Shown here piece by piece: positions 12,001 to 24,000 of a DNA stretch of 64,000 nt. Origin of the DNA: Macrostomum hystrix (taxonomy: Eukaryota > Animalia > Platyhelminthes). The stretch covers positions 5,642,001 through 5,706,000 of the forward strand of contig CATNEN010000011.1 of assembly GCA_950097015.1 (NCBI GenBank). The letters are read 5' to 3'. A program made the translations under genes and the position numbers. Under the pieces are notes generated by a model, which had not been told where the DNA came from, ran no database searches, and was given only the letters and a program-made list of their open reading frames with translations. Each line of letters opens with the position of its first letter. Position 1 is the stretch's first letter.

Positions 12001-15000
12001 ACTTCTGAAGGGCTTTAGCAATGCCCTTTGCCGTCTCGGCGTCGACCTGTCCGTCCGTCTTCGCCAGATCCGACAGCGCCTCCTTGCTTGCATCAGCCTG
12101 CTTCACCTGCTCTAGGCTGTCCTTGACGGCTTGGGCCACCATGCCCAGAGCGTCTAGCTGCTCAGCCGTCATCGTGTCGCCGGCCTTCTTGCTCTCCAGG
12201 GCGCTCAGCACTGCCAGAGCGGAACTAGCGTCTGCTTCACTAATTCCGAGGCTCTCCGGATTCTCTTCCAGAACCTTCTTCAAGGCTTCACTGCTGGCAG
12301 CGAGATCTTCGGCCTGCTTTTCACTCAGCTTCTTGTCTTTGCCGTCGCCAGCGAGCCAAGACAGCGCCTTCAGTTTGCTGGCTGCCTGGCCGACCTCTTC
12401 CACAGCGGCGTCCTTCTCTGCCTCACTCGGCGACTTGGACGACTCGGCTTCCTTCTTTTTCGTCTTGTCAGTCTTCTTCTTTTTCTTGGAGAGCTGAGCG
12501 AGCGCCTTGCCGAGCTGCTTCTTTTCAGCGTCCGACAGAGCATCCAACGGCTTGTCCTTGACGCTGTGTAGCAGCGCTGCAAGCACTGCCTTTTCCTCCT
12601 CGCTGAGTCCACTGTCACCAGAAGCGAGCACGTCATCGATCGCATTCACTGCCTCACTGACCGCATTTCGCTCGGATTCAGTTAGTTCGGCAGCCTTGCT
12701 TCCGCGACGCTTCAGCACGTTCTCAGCCAGCTTTAATGCGTCTCGAGCGTTCTCATCTAGACCGGCCTTCTCTGCAGCACTCTTCTCTAATGGACCATCC
12801 GATGCCTTTTGCAGTGCATCTCTCAGAGCGGCCTGCTCCACTGGAGTCAGTGCAACAGTCTTGCCACTCTGCTCGGCGTCCTCCACCTTCTTCATCGCCT
12901 GAGCCAATGCACCTGTCTCGTCAGCAGCAGCGTACTAGGGACTTCTGAAGGGCTTTAGCAATGCCCTTTGCCGTCTCGGCGTCGACCTGTCCGTCCGTCT
13001 TCGCCAGATCCGACAGCGCCTCCTTGCTTGCATCAGCCTGCTTCACCTGCTCTAGGCTGTCCTTGACGGCTTGGGCCACCATGCCCAGAGCGTCTAGCTG
13101 CTCAGCCGTCATCGTGTCGCCGGCCTTCTTGCTCTCCAGGGCGCTCAGCACTGCCAGAGCGGAACTAGCGTCTGCTTCACTAATTCCGAGGCTCTCCGGA
13201 TTCTCTTCCAGAACCTTCTTCAATGGCTTCACTGCTGGCAGCGAGATCTTCGGCCTGCTTTTCACTCAGCTTCTTGTCTTTGCCGTCGCCAGCGAGCCAA
13301 GACAGCGCCTTCAGTTTGCTGGCTGCCTGGCCGACCTCTTCCACAGCGGCGTCCTTCTCTGCCTCACTCGGCGACTTGGACGACTCGGCTTCCTTCTTTT
13401 TCGTCTTGTCAGTCTTTTTCGATTTCTTGGAGAGCTGAGCGAGCGCCTTGCCGAGCTGCTTCTTATCAGCGTCCGACAGAGCGTCCAACGGCTTCTCCTT
13501 GACGCTGTGTAGCAGCGCTGCAAGCACTGCCTTTTCCTCCTCGCTGAGTCCACTGTCACCAGAAGCGAGCACGTCATCGATCGCATTCACTGCCTCACTG
13601 ACCGCATTTCGCTCGGATTCAGTTAGTTCGGCAGCCTTGCTTCCGCGACGCTTCAGCACGTTCTCAGCCAGCTTTAATGCGTCTCGAGCGTTCTCATCTA
13701 GACCGGCCTTCTCTGCAGCACTCTTCTCTAATGGACCATCCGATGCCTTTTGCAGTGCATCTCTCAGAGCGGCCTGCTCCTCTGGAGTCAGTGCAACAGT
13801 CTTGCCACTCTGCTCGGCGTCCTCCACCTTCTTCATCGCCTGAGCCAATGCACCTGTCTCGTCAGCAGCAGCGTCTAGGGACTTCTGAAGGGCTTTAGCA
13901 ATGCCCTTTAGCCGTCTCGGCGTCGACCTGTCCGTCCGTCTTCGCCAGATCCGACAGCGCCTCCTTGCTTGCATCAGCCTGCTTCACCTGCTCTAGGCTG
14001 TCCTTGACGGCTTGGGCCACCATGCCCAGAGCGTCTAGCTGCTCAGCCGTCATCGTGTCGCCGGCCTTCTTGCTCTCCAGGGCGCTCAGCACTGCCAGAG
14101 CGGAACTAGCGTCTGCTTCACTAATTCCGAGGCTCTCCGGATTCTCTTCCAGAACCTTCTTCATGGCTTCACTGCTGGCAGCGAGATCTTCGGCCTGCTT
14201 TTCACTCAGCTTCTTGTCTTTGCCGTCGCCAGCGAGCCAAGACAGCGCCTTCAGTTTGCTGGCTGCCTGGCCGACCTCTTCCACAGCGGCGTCCTTCTCT
14301 GCCTCACTCGGCGACTTGGACGACTCGGCTTCCTTCTTTTTCGTCTTGTCAGTCTTCTTCGATTTTCTTGGAGAGCTGAGCGAGCGCCTTGCCGAGCTGC
14401 TTCTTATCAGCGTCCGACAGAGCGTCCAACGGCTTGTCCTTGACGCTGTGTAGCAGCGCTGCAAGCACTGCCTTTTCCTCCTCGCTGAGTCCACTGTCAC
14501 CAGAAGCGAGCACGTCATCGATCGCATTCACTGCCTCACTGACCGCATTTCGCTCGGATTCAGTTAGTTCGGCAGCCTTGCTTCCGCGACGCTTCAGCAC
14601 GTTCTCAGCCAGCTTTAATGCGTCTCGAGCGTTCTCATCTAGACCGGCCTTCTCTGCAGCACTCTTCTCTAATGGACCATCCGATGCCTTTTGCAGTGCA
14701 TCTCTCAGAGCGGCCTGCTCCTCTGGAGTCAGTGCAACAGTCTTGCCACTCTGCTCGGCGTCCTCCACCTTCTTCATGGCCTGAGCCAATGCACCTGTCT
14801 CGTCAGCAGCAGCGTCTAGGGACTTCTGAAGGGCTTTAGCAATGCCCTTTGCCGTCTCGGCGTCGACCTGTCCGTCCGTCTTCGCCAGATCCGACAGCGC
14901 CTCCTTGCTTGCATCAGCCTGCTTCACCTGCTCTAGGCTGTCCTTGACGGCTTGGGCCACCATGCCCAGAGCGTCTAGCTGCTCAGCCGTCATCGTGTCG

Positions 15001-18000
15001 CCGGCCTTCTTGCTCTCCAGGGCGCTCAGCACTGCCAGAGCGGAACTAGCGTCTGCTTCACTAATTCCGAGGCTCTCCGGATTCTCTTCCAGAACCTTCT
15101 TCAAGGCTTCACTGCTGGCAGCGAGATCTTCGGCCTGCTTTTCACTCAGCTTCTTGTCTTTGCCGTCGCCAGCGAGCCAAGACAGCGCCTTCAGTTTGCT
15201 GGCTGCCTGGCCGACCTCTTCCACAGCGGCGTCCTTCTCTGCCTCACTCGGCGACTTGGACGACTCGGCTTCCTTCTTTTTCGTCTTGTCAGTCTTCTTC
15301 TTTTTCTTGGAGAGCTGAGCGAGCGCCTTGCCGAGCTGCTTCTTTTCAGCGTCCGACAGAGCATCCAACGGCTTGTCCTTGACGCTGTGTAGCAGCGCTG
15401 CAAGCACTGCCTTTTCCTCCTCGCTGAGTCCACTGTCACCAGAAGCGAGCACGTCATCGATCGCATTCACTGCCTCACTGACCGCATTTCGCTCGGATTC
15501 AGTTAGTTCGGCAGCCTTGCTTCCGCGACGCTTCAGCACGTTCTCAGCCAGCTTTAATGCGTCTCGAGCGTTCTCATCTAGACCGGCCTTCTCTGCAGCA
15601 CTCTTCTCTAATGGACCATCCGATGCCTTTTGCAGTGCATCTCTCAGAGCGGCCTGCTCCACTGGAGTCAGTGCAACAGTCTTGCCACTCTGCTCGGCGT
15701 CCTCCACCTTCTTCATCGCCTGAGCCAATGCACCTGTCTCGTCAGCAGCAGCGACTAGGGACTTCTGAAGGGCTTTAGCAATGCCCTTTGCCGTCTCGGC
15801 GTCGACCTGTCCGTCCGTCTTCGCCAGATCCGACAGCGCCTCCTTGCTTGCATCAGCCTGCTTCACCTGCTCTAGGCTGTCCTTGACGGCTTGGGCCACC
15901 ATGCCCAGAGCGTCTAGCTGCTCAGCCGTCATCGTGTCGCCGGCCTTCTTGCTCTCCAGGGCGCTCAGCACTGCCAGAGCGGAACTAGCGTCTGCTTCAC
16001 TAATTCCGAGGCTCTCCGGATTCTCTTCCAGAACCTTCTTCAAGGCTTCACTGCTGGCAGCGAGATCTTCGGCCTGCTTTTCACTCAGCTTCTTGTCTTT
16101 GCCGTCGCCAGCGAGCCAAGACAGCGCCTTCAGTTTGCTGGCTGCCTGGCCGACCTCTTCCACAGCGGCGTCCTTCTCTGCCTCACTCGGCGACTTGGAC
16201 GACTCGGCTTCCTTCTTTTTCGTCTTGTCAGTCTTCTTCTTTTTCTTGGAGAGCTGAGCGAGCGCCTTGCCGAGCTGCTTCTTTTCAGCGTCCGACAGAG
16301 CATCCAACGGCTTGTCCTTGACGCTGTGTAGCAGCGCTGCAAGCACTGCCTTTTCCTCCTCGCTGAGTCCACTGTCACCAGAAGCGAGCACGTCATCGAT
16401 CGCATTCACTGCCTCACTGACCGCATTTCGCTCGGATTCAGTTAGTTCGGCAGCCTTGCTTCCGCGACGCTTCAGCACGTTCTCAGCCAGCTTTAATGCG
16501 TCTCGAGCGTTCTCATCTAGACCGGCCTTCTCTGCAGCACTCTTCTCTAATGGACCATCCGATGCCTTTTGCAGTGCATCTCTCAGAGCGGCCTGCTCCT
16601 CTGGAGTCAGTGCAACAGTCTTGCCACTCTGCTCGGCGTCCTCCACCTTCTTCATGGCCTGAGCCAATGCACCTGTCTCGTCAGCAGCAGCGTCTAGGGA
16701 CTTCTGAAGGGCTTTAGCAATGCCCTTTGCCGTCTCGGCGTCGACCTGTCCGTCCGTCTTCGCCAGATCCGACAGCGCCTCCTTGCTTGCATCAGCCTGC
16801 TTCACCTGCTCTAGGCTGTCCTTGACGGCTTGGGCCACCATGCCCAGAGCGTCTAGCTGCTCAGCCGTCATCGTGTCGCCGGCCTTCTTGCTCTCCAGGG
16901 CGCTCAGCACTGCCAGAGCGGAACTAGCGTCTGCTTCACTAATTCCGAGGCTCTCCGGATTCTCTTCCAGAACCTTCTTCAAGGCTTCACTGCTGGCAGC
17001 GAGATCTTCGGCCTGCTTTTCACTCAGCTTCTTGTCTTTGCCGTCGCCAGCGAGCCAAGACAGCGCCTTCAGTTTGCTGGCTGCCTGGCCGACCTCTTCC
17101 ACAGCGGCGTCCTTCTCTGCCTCACTCGGCGACTTGGACGACTCGGCTTCCTTCTTTTTCGTCTTGTCAGTCTTCTTCTTTTTCTTGGAGAGCTGAGCGA
17201 GCGCCTTGCCGAGCTGCTTCTTTTCAGCGTCCGACAGAGCGTCCAACGGCTTGTCCTTGACGCTGTGTAGCAGCGCTGCAAGCACTGCCTTTTCCTCCTC
17301 GCTGAGTCCACTGTCACCAGAAGCGAGCACGTCATCGATCGCATTCACTGCCTCACTGACCGCATTTCGCTCGGATTCAGTTAGTTCGGCAGCCTTGCTT
17401 CCGCGACGCTTCAGCACGTTCTCAGCCAGCTTTAATGCGTCTCGAGCGTTCTCATCTAGACCGGCCTTCTCTGCAGCACTCTTCTCTAATGGACCATCCG
17501 ATGCCTTTTGCAGTGCATCTCTCAGAGCGGCCTGCTCCACTGGAGTCAGTGCAACAGTCTTGCCACTCTGCTCGGCGTCCTCCACCTTCTTCATCGCCTG
17601 AGCCAATGCACCTGTCTCGTCAGCAGCAGCGTCTAGGGACTTCTGAAGGGCTTTAGCAATGCCCTTTGCCGTCTCGGCGTCGACCTGTCCGTCCGTCTTC
17701 GCCAGATCCGACAGCGCCTCCTTGCTTGCATCAGCCTGCTTCACCTGCTCTAGGCTGTCCTTGACGGCTTGGGCCACCATGCCCAGAGCGTCTAGCTGCT
17801 CAGCCGTCATCGTGTCGCCGGCCTTCTTGCTCTCCAGGGCGCTCAGCACTGCCAGAGCGGAACTAGCGTCTGCTTCACTAATTCCGAGGCTCTCCGGATT
17901 CTCTTCCAGAACCTTCTTCAAGGCTTCACTGCTGGCAGCGAGATCTTCGGCCTGCTTTTCACTCAGCTTCTTGTCTTTGCCGTCGCCAGCGAGCCAAGAC

Positions 18001-21000
18001 AGCGCCTTCAGTTTGCTGGCTGCCTGGCCGACCTCTTCCACAGCGGCGTCCTTCTCTGCCTCACTCGGCGACTTGGACGACTCGGCTTCCTTCTTTTTCG
18101 TCTTGTCAGTCTTCTTCTTTTTCTTGGAGAGCTGAGCGAGCGCCAATGCCGAGCTGCTTCTTTTCAGCGTCCGACAGAGCGTCCAACGGCTTGTCCTTGA
18201 CGCTGTGTAGCAGCGCTGCAAGCACTGCCTTTTCCTCCTCGCTGAGTCCACTGTCACCAGAAGCGAGCACGTCATCGATCGCATTCACTGCCTCACTGAC
18301 CGCATTTCGCTCGGATTCAGTTAGTTCGGCAGCCTTGCTTCCGCGACGCTTCAGCACGTTCTCAGCCAGCTTTAATGCGTCTCGAGCGTTCTCATCTAGA
18401 CCGGCCTTCTCTGCAGCACTCTTCTCTAATGGACCATCCGATGCCTTTTGCAGTGCATCTCTCAGAGCGGCCTGCTCCACTGGAGTCAGTGCAACAGTCT
18501 TGCCACTCTGCTCGGCGTCCTCCACCTTCTTCATCGCCTGAGCCAATGCACCTGTCTCGTCAGCAGCAGCGTCTAGGGACTTCTGAAGGGCTTTAGCAAT
18601 GCCCTTTGCCGTCTCGGCGTCGACCTGTCCGTCCGTCTTCGCCAGATCCGACAGCGCCTCCTTGCTTGCATCAGCCTGCTTCACCTGCTCTAGGCTGTCC
18701 TTGACGGCTTGGGCCACCATGCCCAGAGCGTCTAGCTGCTCAGCCGTCATCGTGTCGCCGGCCTTCTTGCTCTCCAGGGCGCTCAGCACTGCCAGAGCGG
18801 AACTAGCGTATGCTTCACTAATTCCGAGGCTCTCCGGATTCTCTTCCAGAACCTTCTTCATGGCTTCACTGCTGGCAGCGAGATCTTCGGCCTGCTTTTC
18901 ACTCAGCTTCTTGTCTTTGCCGTCGCCAGCGAGCCAAGACAGCGCCTTCAGTTTGCTGGCTGCCTGGCCGACCTCTTCCACAGCGGCGTCCTTCTCTGCC
19001 TCACTCGGCGACTTGGACGACTCGGCTTCCTTCTTTTTCGTCTTGTCAGTCTTCTTCTTTTTCTTGGAGAGCTGAGCGAGCGCCTTGCCGAGCTGCTTCT
19101 TTTCAGCGTCCGACAGAGCATCCAACGGCTTGTCCTTGACGCTGTGTAGCAGCGCTGCAAGCACTGCCTTTTCCTCCTCGCTGAGTCCACTGTCACTAGA
19201 AGCGAGCACGTCATCGATCGCATTCACTGCCTCACTGACCGCATTTCGCTCGGATTCAGTTAGTTCGGCAGCCTTGCTTCCGCGACGCTTCAGCACGTTC
19301 TCAGCCAGCTTTAATGCGTCTCGAGCGTTCTCATCTAGACCGGCCTTCTCTGCAGCACTCTTCTCTAATGGACCATCCGATGCCTTTTGCAGTGCATCTC
19401 TCAGAGCGGCCTGCTCCACTGGAGTCAGTGCAACAGTCTTGCCACTCTGCTCGGCGTCCTCCACCTTCTTCATCGCCTGAGCCAATGCACCTGTCTCGTC
19501 AGCAGCAGCGTCTAGGGACTTCTGAAGGGCTTTAGCAATGCCCTTTGCCGTCTCGGCGTCGACCTGTCCGTCCGTCTTCGCCAGATCCGACAGCGCCTCC
19601 TTGCTTGCATCAGCCTGCTTCACCTGCTCTAGGCTGTCCTTGACGGCTTGGGCCACCATGCCCAGAGCGTCTAGCTGCTCAGCCGTCATCGTGTCGCCGG
19701 CCTTCTTGCTCTCCAGGGCGCTCAGCACTGCCAGAGCGGAACTAGCGTCTGCTTCACTAATTCCGAGGCTCTCCGGATTCTCTTCCAGAACCTTCTTCAA
19801 GGCTTCACTGCTGGCAGCGAGATCTTCGGCCTGCTTTTCACTCAGCTTCTTGTCTTTGCCGTCGCCAGCGAGCCAAGACAGCGCCTTCAGTTTGCTGGCT
19901 GCCTGGCCGACCTCTTCCACAGCGGCGTCCTTCTCTGCCTCACTCGGCGACTTGGACGACTCGGCTTCCTTCTTTTTCGTCTTGTCAGTCTTCTTCTTTT
20001 TCTTGGAGAGCTGAGCGAGCGCCTTGCCGAGCTGCTTCTTTTCAGCGTCCGACAGAGCGTCCAACGGCTTGTCCTTGACGCTGTGTAGCAGCGCTGCAAG
20101 CACTGCCTTTTCCTCCTCGCTGAGTCCACTGTCACCAGAAGCGAGCACGTCATCGATCGCATTCACTGCCTCACTGACCGCATTTCGCTCGGATTCAGTT
20201 AGTTCGGCAGCCTTGCTTCCGCGACGCTTCAGCACGTTCTCAGCCAGCTTTAATGCGTCTCGAGCGTTCTCATCTAGACCGGCCTTCTCTGCAGCACTCT
20301 TCTCTAATGGACCATCCGATGCCTTTTGCAGTGCATCTCTCAGAGCGGCCTGCTCCTCTGGAGTCAGTGCAACAGTCTTGCCACTCTGCTCGGCGTCCTC
20401 CACCTTCTTCATCGCCTGAGCCAATGCACCTGTCTCGTCAGCAGCAGCGTCTAGGGACTTCTGAAGGGCTTTAGCAATGCCCTTTGCCGTCTCGGCGTCG
20501 ACCTGTCCGTCCGTCTTCGCCAGATCCGACAGCGCCTCCTTGCTTGCATCAGCCTGCTTCACCTGCTCTAGGCTGTCCTTGACGGCTTGGGCCACCATGC
20601 CCAGAGCGTCTAGCTGCTCAGCCGTCATCGTGTCGCCGGCCTTCTTGCTCTCCAGGGCGCTCAGCACTGCCAGAGCGGAACTAGCGTCTGCTTCACTAAT
20701 TCCGAGGCTCTCCGGATTCTCTTCCAGAACCTTCTTCAAGGCTTCACTGCTGGCAGCGAGATCTTCGGCCTGCTTTTCACTCAGCTTCTTGTCTTTGCCG
20801 TCGCCAGCGAGCCAAGACAGCGCCTTCAGTTTGCTGGCTGCCTGGCCGACCTCTTCCACAGCGGCGTCCTTCTCTGCCTCACTCGGCGACTTGGACGACT
20901 CGGCTTCCTTCTTTTTCGTCTTGTCAGTCTTCTTCTTTTTCTTGGAGAGCTGAGCGAGCGCCTTGCCGAGCTGCTTCTTTTCAGCGTCCGACAGAGCATC

Positions 21001-24000
21001 CAACGGCTTGTCCTTGACGCTGTGTAGCAGCGCTGCAAGCACTGCCTTTTCCTCCTCGCTGAGTCCACTGTCACCAGAAGCGAGCACGTCATCGATCGCA
21101 TTCACTGCCTCACTGACCGCATTTCGCTCGGATTCAGTTAGTTCGGCAGCCTTGCTTCCGCGACGCTTCAGCACGTTCTCAGCCAGCTTTAATGCGTCTC
21201 GAGCGTTCTCATCTAGACCGGCCTTCTCTGCAGCACTCTTCTCTAATGGACCATCCGATGCCTTTTGCAGTGCATCTCTCAGAGCGGCCTGCTCCACTGG
21301 AGTCAGTGCAACAGTCTTGCCACTCTGCTCGGCGTCCTCCACCTTCTTCATCGCCTGAGCCAATGCACCTGTCTCGTCAGCAGCAGCGTCTAGGGACTTC
21401 TGAAGGGCTTTAGCAATGCCCTTTGCCGTCTCGGCGTCGACCTGTCCGTCCGTCTTCGCCAGATCCGACAGCGCCTCCTTGCTTGCATCAGCCTGCTTCA
21501 CCTGCTCTAGGCTGTCCTTGACGGCTTGGGCCACCATGCCCAGAGCGTCTAGCTGCTCAGCCGTCATCGTGTCGCCGGCCTTCTTGCTCTCCAGGGCGCT
21601 CAGCACTGCCAGAGCGGAACTAGCGTCTGCTTCACTAATTCCGAGGCTCTCCGGATTCTCTTCCAGAACCTTCTTCAAGGCTTCACTGCTGGCAGCGAGA
21701 TCTTCGGCCTGCTTTTCACTCAGCTTCTTGTCTTTGCCGTCGCCAGCGAGCCAAGACAGCGCCTTCAGTTTGCTGGCTGCCTGGCCGACCTCTTCCACAG
21801 CGGCGTCCTTCTCTGCCTCACTCGGCGACTTGGACGACTCGGCTTCCTTCTTTTTCGTCTTGTCAGTCTTCTTCTTTTTCTTGGAGAGCTGAGCGAGCGC
21901 CTTGCCGAGCTGCTTCTTTTCAGCGTCCGACAGAGCGTCCAACGGCTTGTCCTTGACGCTGTGTAGCAGCGCTGCAAGCACTGCCTTTTCCTCCTCGCTG
22001 AGTCCACTGTCACCAGAAGCGAGCACGTCATCGATCGCATTCACTGCCTCACTGACCGCATTTCGCTCGGATTCAGTTAGTTCGGCAGCCTTGCTTCCGC
22101 GACGCTTCAGCACGTTCTCAGCCAGCTTTAATGCGTCTCGAGCGTTCTCATCTAGACCGGCCTTCTCTGCAGCACTCTTCTCTAATGGACCATCCGATGC
22201 CTTTTGCAGTGCATCTCTCAGAGCGGCCTGCTCCTCTGGAGTCAGTGCAACAGTCTTGCCACTCTGCTCGGCGTCCTCCACCTTCTTCATCGCCTGAGCC
22301 AATGCACCTGTCTCGTCAGCAGCAGCGACTAGGGACTTCTGAAGGGCTTTAGCAATGCCCTTTGCCGTCTCGGCGTCGACCTGTCCGTCCGTCTTCGCCA
22401 GATCCGACAGCGCCTCCTTGCTTGCATCAGCCTGCTTCACCTGCTCTAGGCTGTCCTTGACGGCTTGGGCCACCATGCCCAGAGCGTCTAGCTGCTCAGC
22501 CGTCATCGTGTCGCCGGCCTTCTTGCTCTCCAGGGCGCTCAGCACTGCCAGAGCGGAACTAGCGTCTGCTTCACTAATTCCGAGGCTCTCCGGATTCTCT
22601 TCCAGAACCTTCTTCAAGGCTTCACTGCTGGCAGCGAGATCTTCGGCCTGCTTTTCACTCAGCTTCTTGTCTTTGCCGTCGCCAGCGAGCCAAGACAGCG
22701 CCTTCAGTTTGCTGGCTGCCTGGCCGACCTCTTCCACAGCGGCGTCCTTCTCTGCCTCACTCGGCGACTTGGACGACTCGGCTTCCTTCTTTTTCGTCTT
22801 GTCAGTCTTCTTCTTTTTCTTGGAGAGCTGAGCGAGCGCCTTGCCGAGCTGCTTCTTTTCAGCGTCCGACAGAGCGTCCAACGGCTTGTCCTTGACGCTG
22901 TGTAGCAGCGCTGCAAGCACTGCCTTTTCCTCCTCGCTGAGTCCACTGTCACCAGAAGCGAGCACGTCATCGATCGCATTCACTGCCTCACTGACCGCAT
23001 TTCGCTCGGATTCAGTTAGTTCGGCAGCCTTGCTTCCGCGACGCTTCAGCACGTTCTCAGCCAGCTTTAATGCGTCTCGAGCGTTCTCATCTAGACCGGC
23101 CTTCTCTGCAGCACTCTTCTCTAATGGACCATCCGATGCCTTTTGCAGTGCATCTCTCAGAGCGGCCTGCTCCTCTGGAGTCAGTGCAACAGTCTTGCCA
23201 CTCTGCTCGGCGTCCTCCACCTTCTTCATCGCCTGAGCCAATGCACCTGTCTCGTCAGCAGCAGCGACTAGGGACTTCTGAAGGGCTTTAGCAATGCCCT
23301 TTGCCGTCTCGGCGTCGACCTGTCCGTCCGTCTTCGCCAGATCCGACAGCGCCTCCTTGCTTGCATCAGCCTGCTTCACCTGCTCTAGGCTGTCCTTGAC
23401 GGCTTGGGCCACCATGCCCAGAGCGTCTAGCTGCTCAGCCGTCATCGTGTCGCCGGCCTTCTTGCTCTCCAGGGCGCTCAGCACTGCCAGAGCGGAACTA
23501 GCGTCTGCTTCACTAATTCCGAGGCTCTCCGGATTCTCTTCCAGAACCTTCTTCATGGCTTCACTGCTGGCAGCGAGATCTTCGGCCTGCTTTTCACTCA
23601 GCTTCTTGTCTTTGCCGTCGCCAGCGAGCCAAGACAGCGCCTTCAGTTTGCTGGCTGCCTGGCCGACCTCTTCCACAGCGGCGTCCTTCTCTGCCTCACT
23701 CGGCGACTTGGACGACTCGGCTTCCTTCTTTTTCGTCTTGTCAGTCTTCTTCTTTTTCTTGGAGAGCTGAGCGAGCGCCAAGCCGAGCTGCTTCTTTTCA
23801 GCGTCCGACAGAGCGTCCAACGGCTTGTCCTTGACGCTGTGTAGCAGCGCTGCAAGCACTGCCTTTTCCTCCTCGCTGAGTCCACTGTCACCAGAAGCGA
23901 GCACGTCATCGATCGCATTCACTGCCTCACTGACCGCATTTCGCTCGGATTCAGTTAGTTCGGCAGCCTTGCTTCCGCGACGCTTCAGCACGTTCTCAGC

